DNA of 63,148 nucleotides, filler included, from Collodictyon triciliatum (taxonomy: Eukaryota): assembly GCA_043381765.1 (NCBI GenBank). It is 5 parts of 5 records of this genome, joined end to end, with 100 filler letters (N's around TTAATTAATTAA, not from the genome) between each part and the next. Parts side by side here need not be neighbours in the genome. Positions count along the whole stretch, not along the records: positions 1 to 23,074 come from JBHJMP010000670.1; positions 23,175 to 36,707 come from JBHJMP010000672.1; 3 more parts are not named here. One strand, 5' to 3'. Both the position numbers and the translations under genes were made by a program. The notes under the pieces are model-generated. The model had not been told where the DNA came from, did not search any database, and was given only the letters and a program-made list of their open reading frames with translations. Below are positions 12,637 through 23,291 of this stretch, in pieces; the stretch's first letter is position 1; each line of letters begins with the position of its first letter.

Positions 12637-14729
12637 CTATTCACTATCAACGTCGTCGATAAGAACAGCATCCTCATTTGCATCGTCTGCGTCAAAACTT
12701 TTCATATTTTGTTTGGTTGAGCCATCTTCATCGCAATCCACCCGTGCAAGGTATAGTCCATAACCAGGGGCCATAATTGGTGCGTTTGTGCGGCTTTTTT
12801 GTTCGAGTAGTCGTTTGATTCCTGCAGGCTCCATCTTGCCTGAACCAACCGTCTTGAGAGCACCAGCTATATTTCTTACCTGTTTTAAAAAGAAAAGATT
12901 CATAAATCGATTGGCATGATTGTAGCAATCCTGTATGTATGATGTATGAATGTATGAATGTATAGTATAGTTTGTATGTATGTATGTATGTATGTATGTA
13001 TGTATGTATGTATGTATGTATGTATGTATGTATGTATGTATGTATGTATGTATGTATGTATGTATGTATGTATGTATGTATTGAATATTGTGCGGACCAT
13101 GTGATACAGAAATGATGGAGCTTTCACTGTGATAACAACAGATTGGATATCAGAGTGCACAGAGCTGGATTTCGGGTATACGTCCCGTATTATTATTTTT
13201 AGGTAATTGATCTCTTTGAGTAATTGTGTATTGAGATATATATGAGATAACCAATCTCTTGAGTAATTACGAAACAAAATATTTATTGTTCAGTTTTAGA
13301 TAAGATCTCAAGCATCTTAAGCTTACTTAACAATAAATGGTGAGTGATATGCATCGATTGATATAATGTTGATGGTTTTCACAGGGGATAAAGCCTACTG
13401 TAAAGTGTGTACTCTTAATTTCTTTTCTACAAAGTGGCTGTAAAATTCGCTATAGTTATGAATACAACTCTACGTGATAAACTTTGAAATTGATCTGCCT
13501 AGTGGGCATGAATCTTAATAACCTGGCATCCTCGGCTGCGGAAACTGGAAAAATCATGTGTCCCGAGTAAATGAGCTGCACCTTGCTATTGGAAGAAATT
13601 AAGTAAGATGTTGTAACAATCAACCATCTCATTGAGACGATAGATAAGATTTTCCTACAGACAGAATGTGTCATGCTCTTTTACTAATATGTGATTAAAA
13701 ATAAGATGGGTGATGAGATTCGCATTTTATTCCCGCATAAGTACCTTCATCTTTTCGATGTCAAGCGAATTCGGTATTATCCAAGCTGTCTTTTGCTCAA
13801 ATAAGATAGGATTTTTGCAGTTTGCAAATATTCGGTACACATAGGTTCTCGAGAAAGCATTTCGCCTGGCGCTGAACATCTGTGATGTATTCAATTAAAG
13901 ACATAAGTTTGGCACCGATTTCATGACGAATGTAATATAGTCACTTACTTTATCAATGCAATTCACCAATCACTAAAAAAAAATCCAAAGAAAAGAGAAA
14001 GGAGAATGAATTTATACATTTGGATCAACTTGCTTTGCATCGAGTATGTGGATCGGCTGTGGGCGAATGAAGTAGTTGAGAGCTCCCTTGACACTTTTTT
14101 CACACCACTACACCGAGAAGGAAACACAAATTTATAAAGAGAAAATAAAGAGATAGATGCTAAGTTGCGTACCACACTCTTTGCAACTGGGAAAGCTCTT
14201 TGGCTGGTTGAGTTGTGTCCCCTTCACAACCGTAGGTACTATTGTCTCTATTGCATATGCCACTATCAAATAATATCCTCACCAACAATCCCGACTTTCT
14301 TGGGCTCAAGTCGATGTGTCCCACCTGCCCGAAAGCGTGCACATCCTTGTCTGTGCGGCTGGTGAAGAGAACACGCGGCGGCTCGATGACCAGATGACTT
14401 ACAGCTCTCTATACCAGTTGTTAATCCTAGAGATATTTGGGTTGCAAATCTTCGACGAAACTTAAAATATATATATATCTTGGCGCTAGTTACGGTGTCG
14501 GCCGATCAATGGTGTTTGCATATGTGCTAACATCATTGGGTCAAATAGAGAGGGAAAAGAAGGTGTATGTGCGGCTTAGAATATTGGTTCGCTTGCTACT
14601 TTGCTTGAAAGAAACACTTGCCTCCAAGGCCGTTTGTACCGTGGGGATCGGCTCCTTCTGCCACACGCAGCCGCTGAAGGCAGTCCCCACATACTGCATG
14701 GTGAGTTTGAACCGCTGAAACGTCCCCAT
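12637..14729 (-). CDS. tRNA pseudouridine synthase TruA/PUSL1-like
   Basis: QRFKLTMQYVGTAFSG, TVQTALERAV, SRTDKDVHAFGQV, FSARRNAFSRTYVYRI, GTHDFSSFR, APSFLYHMVRNIAGAL, MAPGYGLYLARV. ATG inferred at 14729. Confidence 0.9.
12974..13080 (+). repeat. (TATG)n microsatellite in the last intron of TruA
   Basis: Perfect tetramer array. Confidence 0.95.
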
Positions 14730-15673
14730 GATTCTCGTCCCTTGTCCGACTCTTTTCCTCTTGCAGACTCTTTTCCAGCAGCAGGGTTCCTTGGTGTTGG
14801 AAGCCACCTGCGGATCCTCCGTTCTTTGATCGAGGCTGAGGCAAAGAACTGCCCATTCATACCTTTTTCGACAGAGTCTGCGGTGCCGCGGACATCAAGT
14901 TGAATCTTTGGTGTGGGAGCCAGTGTTCGATTCCGTATGGTTTGTATCCACTTATGGCGCTGACAAGCTTCTATGGAAAGTACATGTTGGCTTGTCAGTG
15001 TGGTGCAAATGAAGCTCCAGATGAGACTCTTTTCTGCGTTGTTACATATAAAAGCGACAAATAAGTCAATATTTGAAGAAACCGAGCCCGAAGCAGATTC
15101 AAAATTGTGAGAAAAAAACAAAACAAAAAGAGAAGTGGATCCGCAGATTAATCACAAAGTGTTTTGGCAATCACCACACCGAAACACAAACGTAAAGGAG
15201 ACCACCAAACACGTGAGAAGGCAAGGAGTCTGCGAATGTGGGTGGACAGCAGACTCGAAGGCTGAGGTCTTTCTTTATTCTTTTTTGACGGAGCTGGCTA
15301 CAGGTTTGGGTCTGGGTCTTGGAAATTACTTGAGTGTCCGAATGAAAAGAAAAGTTTACAAAGAGATGGTTGTTGGTTTGTTTTTGTTTTTTACTGAATA
15401 ATTCCATATGGTGCGAGTTGTGCGAAGAGCAAAGAGTTAGTCTTTTCTGTCCAACCTCGGTTTTATCTAGCACTGTCCATGTGCTTTAACATATTTCATT
15501 TCTTTCTGTTCAAGTCACACCTCCTGGTCTTTTTCTTTTATCGTTGGGCGTGGTTACTGTCTTCTTTGTAGAGACAGTCAAAGAAAATATTATTTCGAAC
15601 TTCAAGACATTTTAAATCGTGTGGATCGTATAGGCCTCTGAATTACCTTGAAAGTTCCATAAAGCACGATCTA

Positions 15674-17945
15674 ATGCAAGCCAGCCTGGGTATGCAAGGT
15701 TTGTCTGGCTATGTCTTTTTTTTTCGTCCTTCTATCTATTATTGATGTCTTCGCTGGATACCCGCCCGCGCTTCGTTACCATCTAGTTGACTATACCCAC
15801 CTTTCCTTTTTTTTTATTTTTTTTCTATTTTTATTTTTTATTTTCTATTTTTTATTTTCTATTTTTTATTTTCTATTTTTTATTTTCTATTTTTTATTTT
15901 CTATTTTTTATTTTCTATTTTCTATTTTCTATTTCGTTTCTATTTTCCTACTTTCACAAATTTGAAAGATCAAGAGACGCACACTTTTTGCGCATTGTGA
16001 CAACATATTCCGTTCTGTTTTTCACATTCTCTCAAATTCTTAGTTCCAGCAAGCGTGGAGGGGGTGAAACTATTTGTCTGCCAGATCCCGCGAACTTCCA
16101 CAGAAGAGTCGCTTCGTCCATTGTTTGCTTCCTTTGGAGAAATCGTCGAACTGCGTATTATTCGTGACCGAACAACAAAGCAGCACAGAGGTAATTAATT
16201 TGCTCTGTACTTTGAACCGTGCATGTCTTATCCAGGTTTTGGAAACATGATAACGAGGGTGCTGCAAGTTTATGTTCTCCTATACTATTTATTATACAAT
16301 ATCGTTATCTCATCAAGGTTGTGCCTTTGTGTCGTACACTTCGCGCGAGTCTGCAAATATGGCAATCGATAATCTGAACGAGAAGGCTGTTCTTACAGGA
16401 GTTTGTATATTTCGATAAACTATTGCTTTTAAAGTTGACTGTCCGATCTCGGTCAAATCGTTCACTTTTTTGATGAATATCCCATGTAAGAAAAAAATCA
16501 TTAAAAAGCACGTTTCATGCAAATAGATGGTTGTTCCCATTCAAGTGAAATTATCTGATGCGGAGTTGGAAAAACTGGGTAGAACACTCGATACTGAATC
16601 CTTATGAATGTGTATTTCATGTGTATATTTATCAAGGCACGACAATCATATCATACCATCAGTTTTCTCGCTGATTCACATCGTATTATAATTTAAAAAT
16701 ATATTACAGAACTCAGGCTCTTTGTTTCTGTTTTCCCAAGACACTTGTTGGAAGATGACATCCGCCCCATCTTTGCATCATATGGCAACATCGTCGAGTT
16801 TAATATCATCCGTGGTCCTGGGGATGTTAGCCAAGGCTAGTGTGAATTTTTTTTTATCGAGGTAAACATGTACTGAAAGCTGATGCTGCAGCTATATCCC
16901 ATAGGTTGCGCTTTCCTTAAATACGCAACTCGGGAGCAAGCCATTCACGCCATTCGGGAATGTAGCGGGAAACTAATTCTTCCGGTCAGTAAACCCGTAA
17001 ATCTTTGCGCGAAGAAGCATATATATATATATATTCGAGAATCTATGTGGTCAGTTTGCTTATAATATCACAATTTTATAAATGTTTTTTTTTTCGAATA
17101 ATAGGGTACCCAGAGGCCTCTTAGTCTCAAATTTGCCGAAACACCAAGACAAAAAAACCAAAGAAAGATGATGAAGGCTTTCCAACAAACCCATGTCGCC
17201 CCACGCTCCCCTCAACCGCAGGCATCTCCGCAACCTCTCCAGTCCCAACATCATCAGCACCAATCCCATCACCAGCATCATCAGTCGCATCATCACCAAC
17301 AATCCGCTCAACTCAATGGCCAATCCCAAGTTTCGAATGGCCAAATACAGCGCCCCAGAAATCTTGTTTGTTTGATTATTATTTTTTTTTTAACTAATGA
17401 ATCAACCTGAAACGAACATTATAACATCATTTTCGTAAATGTAGTATATGAGGATGACTCTGACCAATAATGATAAACAGGCACCGAGCTCTGAGTCTGG
17501 TTACAAAGCTCCTTACACTGTGTTCATTCCTAATTCTGTTATACCTCCTGCGTATCCTCCTGTTCCCATGGGTAGACTTATTTCTATCATTCCATTTAGT
17601 ATATGTTCACAACAAATTTAATAAACAATTTTCTAGAAGTTATGAGTTATTTTTCTAAAATTCAATGTACTTTTCATAAATTTAGCATATCCTGTTCACA
17701 AGCCGCATGTTCCTCACTTTGGAGCGATACAGCCACCTGTTCCTACTGATGGTATCGAAATGTATTATTATAGCACACCATACACGAGCCGAAGTGTTGC
17801 ACATAGAAAAAAAATTACTCAACTCTGGAAACTAATCGCTTGTTGCGCCAATATCATAGAAATCACTTTGTTTATATACCACTTGCCCCCTCACTATGGA
17901 GACAATGACCTGTGGGGATTGTTCTCTTCGTTTGGTGGCATCACC
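15674..17945 (+). CDS. CELF/Bruno-like three-RRM RNA-binding protein (3' end lost in N gap)
   Basis: RRM1 VKLFVCQIPR..IIRDRTTKQHRGCAFVSY; PIQVKLSDAE; RRM2 LRLFVSVFP..IIRGPGDVSQGCAFLKY; PLSLKFAE; Q/H/P-rich linker; RRM3 ITLFIYHLPPHYGDNDL. Confidence 0.88.
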
Positions 17946-19133
17946 ANNNNNNNNNNNNNNNNNNNNNNNNNNNNNNNNNNNNNNNNNNNNNNNNNNNNNN
18001 NNNNNNNNNNNNNNNNNNNNNNNNNNNNNNNNNNNNNNNNNNNNNNNNNNNNNNNNNNNNNNNNNNNNNNNNNNNNNNNNNNNNNNNNNNNNNNNNNNNN
18101 NNNNNNNNNNNNNNNNNNNNNNNNNNNNNNNNNNNNNNNNNNNNNNNNNNNNNNNNNNNNNNNNNNNNNNNNNNNNNNNNNNNNNNNNNNNNNNNNNNNN
18201 NNNNNNNNNNNNNNNNNNNNNNNNNNNNNNNNNNNNNNNNNNNNNNNNNNNNNNNNNNNNNNNNNNNNNNNNNNNNNNNNNNNNNNNNNNNNNNNNNNNN
18301 NNNNNNNNNNNNNNNNNNNNNNNNNNNNNNNNNNNNNNNNNNNNNNNNNNNNNNNNNNNNNNNNNNNNNNNNNNNNNNNNNNNNNNNNNNNNNNNNNNNN
18401 NNNNNNNNNNNNNNNNNNNNNNNNNNNNNNNNNNNNNNNNNNNNNNNNNNNNNNNNNNNNNNNNNNNNNNNNNNNNNNNNNNNNNNNNNNNNNNNNNNNN
18501 NNNNNTTTCCTGCAACTTGATATTAGCCACAAGAAACTCACTTTTTCTCTTTATGCTTTGCTTCTTTTATTGGCTTTCATACTTTATAGCATTTCGGCTT
18601 CTTTGTATGACTGAACCTAGTTTTGCCTTTATTTCAATCACAACTACCTTCTTTTCAACAACTAAGCAAAATAAGCGCTATACTCGGTCTCTATCCTTGA
18701 ACGTCTTTATTCCGCTCTCTTAATCAACAAATGCCCAGGAGAATGAAAACTCTACCAGTCAAAAGGCCCCACCCGCCACGGCCACGATAAAGAATAAATA
18801 TAAAAAAATTATGTTGTATCGTATTGGGATTATGAAAGCAAGAATTCACCACGAAATGAGGTAATAAAAGACAGGAGACAGACACAAACGAGGTGTTAAA
18901 GGAGGAATTAAATGGGCTTTGCTGGTTGACTACAACAGGCGCGTTCCTGTTGTTTATGAAGTACTAAGGGTTGGTGAAATCTCAAAGACATGTCGATACA
19001 TATAGCTTTAGTTGAGTATTACTAACTCATTTACTTAAAGTATATATGTATTTGTGTCATGAACGACAAAGCTAGGATGTGTGATGTATCCTCCAGGTAA
19101 TCTCGTGATACTCATGAGCCGCGTTGCTTTTGG

Positions 19134-21400
19134 CTAGTTGTCTTCTTCGGAATCACTTCGTATGTCTTTTGTACCTGGCGAACCCACTGCAATTCTGTAT
19201 GTCATTCGCAGAATCAAGATGGTCCAAAAAATGTGAAGGAAGGACAACGCCCAAAGAAGCACAACTGTAAGGGTAATGAGTTTAGCTACACTAGCTTCAT
19301 AAATTTTTTTCTAAAGTATGGAAATCTTCTTTATTGTAAAACTACTGTAATAAGCACCAGAAGAGCTTCATAAGGCATCAATTCTTTTTTATTTCTAGAC
19401 ATCAGTCCTATTTTAGATGATGATGATAAGAATAATAATAAACTAATAACGCCAGACGGAAGAAGTTCTTAAAAGGTGGGTATCCCTCTGAAACTGTTAT
19501 GAACTCGGGGGCGATAGACCTTCAATGTATTTGGGATGTCAGAAAAAAAGGCCGCTATAGATTTACATTATACATGCTATGGAGTCCGAGTGAACTTTTC
19601 CGGACGGAAAAAAATCGTAGCAGATAATCACAGATTTAAGATACATGTTTTTTTCATGACAAAATATCCAAATTTGAATCGCACTTACGGAATACTCCAG
19701 ACAATTTTGTAAGCGTAATGGTAAAGGCGAAGGTATATCCAAGATATTGCGAACAATGAGAAGGCTGCGTTGCAAAGCATATGATTTCTCTTATAGTTGA
19801 AAGCCTTGGCCATTTCCAGGAAGACATCCGAAGGGTCGTGTAAGATTAAAACCAATACCCCTATCCTTGTAAAACTAAATGGCTCGTCATTCAAAATGGA
19901 GTTATTAAATACTTGATGTCACATTTTCTTGTTAGTTGCTATCGTGCCTATAATGAATAAACATCCTCTTACTTGAAGAAATATGAAAATGATATGAGTA
20001 CAATTGCCAGGAAATGATGTGCCATCATTTCTACAGAGTCTTTTCTTTTTGTTTCTTTGTTGATGTTTGAGAGGAGATGAAAGTAATATCCAAGCTGTAT
20101 GAGGTAGTACTTCCTTGATGATGGGCTATAAAGTATGCGTAATTTTGGTGTTAAAAGTATATATCAAAATTAATCAAGAGGAAGAAGTGGTTTAAGTACT
20201 TCAATAGAACCAAATTTTGGATGATTGCATTGCAACCTTAACTCATGTTGTGGGTAATCTTTCCAAAGCCACGATTGGACGAATAAGTTGGGCTCATTTG
20301 CGATGATAAATAGCCCCATAATTGACAAGATTGAATAACACAATAATCTCCAGAGTGATTCTTTAATCTTTTTGCGATTATTCTTTTGAACTCTGTCCCT
20401 TATCAAGTGCTATAGGAATTGCACAAGATTTGAGACAAGCAGAAATGAGATTTGATTAGCTCGAATCTATTCATTAATGAGATACTTGTTTGTTTTTACC
20501 TGTGGGATGTACCGCAAAAAGTACTCTTTTCGAATAATATCCATAGCCCATGATATTAAAATAGATACTCCAACGTCTATGGCTTTTTGAAGGAAATCGT
20601 CCTTGCTCAGAAAAAGATAGTTTTTGTAGTCACATTTTATTGCATCGTGGGACAATACAAATGCCAATATTCCAAAAGCCACAGATGAAACAAGAATATC
20701 ATTAACTTGTGAACCCCTGTATTATTATTTTTTGATCGTCTGATTATTATTTTTACTTTATCTGGGTCATCCATTAGATTTTCCATGTTAAAAAAAATAA
20801 TTTTTTGTCTCCTTTTCCTCCATTTGTGCAACAAAAACGTAGTTGAGTATCATGAAATTGAATTAATTGATTAAATATTCCAACCTAAAGGCGTATGCTT
20901 TCTCTTCTATCTTTTCTTTGTACGTCCTATGATAAATAATCGTAGGAAATTTCTTTAAATTGTATGCTACAATCTGTAATAGATCGGCCATTAGAGTCGA
21001 ACTAATAAGATTTCAGTTTAAAGGAATTGTCGTATCATTTAAAATCTGATTGAATTAATGAACACATACACTCCTTGGTGTTGTGCAGTTCTTGCTTTCA
21101 TATGATACAGGGTGAATGTTCTTTTCGTATTTTTCCCCTTTTCCTCTATTCAAATATTTCCACTAAATTCTTTTGTGGCAGAGATAAACAAACTTCTGAT
21201 GATAGATCATGATAGCTTTAATTGAATGATAATCGGTGAGGCTTTGAATATAGGTGTATCTTTGACCAAGCCGGGTGTCGTATTTGAAGGCTTTTCTTCC
21301 TGGCAAAAGCTAAATGGTGTCCTTACGTGTACTGAGAGAATAGGATGCCAGAGTTTTGTGATGAATGTTGCATTTGCTATGTTTTCTAAATCTTTACGAT
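19134..21400 (-). CDS. Ceramide synthase (LAG1/TLC domain) with N-terminal extension; 5' end uncertain
   Basis: KIKESLWRLLCY, WKDYP, YYLIQLGYY, RKDSVEMMAHH, RIGVLVLILHDPSDVFLEMAK, and C-terminal KDIRSDSEEDN*. Confidence 0.88.
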
Positions 21401-22276
21401 CCTATCATTTGTAGTTATACCCGGTATGTCCTTGGATGACTACGGTGCATAATCACCACTTTCACATGCAGGGTATGCGGTCAAAAGTTTCATAATCGAG
21501 CATTGGTTATTTTCAGAATCATCTCTCAGTTAGATGTAGTTCGAGGCTTTGAAATCTGAAAGAAAAAGTAAAATGCATGATATATCATCTTTTTGCTCCG
21601 TTTCTTTTTTGTTCTTTCCTAAATTCAATTCAAGGCCAAACGTTCTAGCTTCTAACAGAATCCACATGAGAATCGCACTATTCGTATTTTCGATTTCAAC
21701 CACATGTAGATACCGAATGGCCGTTAATCAATGCCCGCCATCATTCTTGTGCTATATTCCATCTTGTTTCATCATTATCCTATTTCTTTTGCACGTTGTT
21801 TTTTCGAATCAGAAAGAAAAAGAATCCATTGTATTCTTGTGATTGCATCTGACTCGTTTGTTTGCCCTCTCTCTCTCGTAACTGAACGAACCTGCGGTAC
21901 TAGCTTGCAACCACCACATCTCGGTGTGTCTCTTCTATATGTGGAAACCCTGATTTTCCATAAGCGGTCGGCCTTCAAGAAATGAAGTTCTGTCCAGATT
22001 TGGTCGTACACCAACAGGAGAGGTGCCTTATCAGGCACAACGCACTTGCCCTGAGTCGGCCACCAGTTCGCGCGTGCAGCCCATATTCTCGCTTCCTCCT
22101 TCCACGCATCAAGACAGACATGCTTTTCGATTCCTTTTTTTTTAAAAAAAAAAAAACTGACGACGGTGAGAAACAAAGCAAATAGAATCAGTGTCAGTGA
22201 CGAAAAAGAATAAAGGAAAAAATAGAATATACATTATAGTTTTTTTTATACTGCTAGCACTCTCGCTTTCAGGAAA

Positions 22277-22930
22277 ATGGTTATATCCAAGGATGAGTTT
22301 ATCGAGAAGCTTGAGCTGGACGGAGCAACAGGACAGATGATTGTCACCAGCGGACTCCTGAGCCCCCTGAACTTTGCCCTTGCACGCACGTTGATCACCG
22401 TATATGCCTGGATAGTCCTGATTGCACAGCTTTCCTACTACTTTGACCGCGGTGTTTTTTTCACGTACTTTACTCACTGGAGCTTCATGCTGCTCACAAC
22501 CTATCTGACGGTTTGTTTTGATGGATGACTCCATTTGTTATGCGTTATTTCCTAAATTGTTGATTTCGTGGTAATAACATGCTCTGTTAGATTGTGACTT
22601 ATTTCAGCTGGATGTTCTTCCTGAAAGGCAAAGAGTTTGTCGGGACAAATGTAGTGTTAAACAACTCTCGTCACTGCTTCAAGATTTGGGTCTTGTTTGG
22701 GGTTTGAATAATTCAAGATACAACAGCAATTAGCCATAAAAATCAGTTATTCAAAAAAAGTTAGACATTTTTATAATCCACTCTATCAGCTACACTTTGA
22801 ATCGAATAAAGGAAAAAAAATAATCCACTCTATCAGATTGTTGCTGCTGCTGCTTTTGGCTTGGACGTTATCTACTGGGTTGCTCTATATGATGGAGAGA
22901 ACAGCGGCTGGACAAACTTCCATGTTCACG
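22277..22930 (+). CDS. FAR-17a/AIG1/rolling-stone-like membrane protein, truncated at contig end
   Basis: FFTYFTHWSF, then spliced exons IVTYFSW... and IVAAAAFGLDVIYWVAL...NFHVHG. The YxTxW and H-x-HG motifs match the family. Confidence 0.72.
22790..22819 (+). mobile_element. ~30-bp A-tailed micro-element with perfect 17-bp target-site duplication
   Basis: ATAATCCACTCTATCAG (22773-22789) - CTACACTTTGAATCGAATAAAGGAAAAAAA - ATAATCCACTCTATCAG (22820-22836). Confidence 0.85.
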
Positions 22931-23074
22931 GTGTGAAACTGAAATATATAATATGCGCTTTTCGTTATTTCGGCAAGTCTTTTTTTTTTTTTTTTTTTTT
23001 TTTTTTTCGAATGTAAATTTTTTTTTTTTTTTTTTTTTTTATTTATTCTTTTTTTTTTTTTGTTTTTTTTTTTT

Positions 23075-23174
23075 NNNNNNNNNNNNNNNNNNNNNNNNNN
23101 NNNNNNNNNNNNNNNNNNTTAATTAATTAANNNNNNNNNNNNNNNNNNNNNNNNNNNNNNNNNNNNNNNNNNNN
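23075..23174. other. Artificial scaffold-joining spacer (N44-TTAATTAATTAA-N44)
   Basis: Six-frame stop linker embedded in Ns; the same linker occurs at 36752, 41203 and 50537. Confidence 0.95.
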
Positions 23175-23251
<77 letters not shown>

Positions 23252-23291
23252 GCTCCGCTATGCAATTTTAACAAGCACTATTAGGTAAAGG

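Noticed and set aside
21775-22176. 133-aa minus-strand ORF upstream of ceramide synthase
   Set aside because: No recognisable motif and I could not link it in phase to the LAG1 exons; may be UTR or promoter.
22180-22228. GAATAAAGGAAAAA flanked by a 9-bp AAATAGAAT repeat as another micro-element copy
   Set aside because: It lacks the CTTTGAATC half, and the repeat is A-rich enough to arise by chance.
23119-23130. Palindromic TTAATTAATTAA recurring four times
   Set aside because: Always centred in N runs; it is a six-frame-stop linker used to concatenate contigs. Not biological, and adjacency across it is not synteny.
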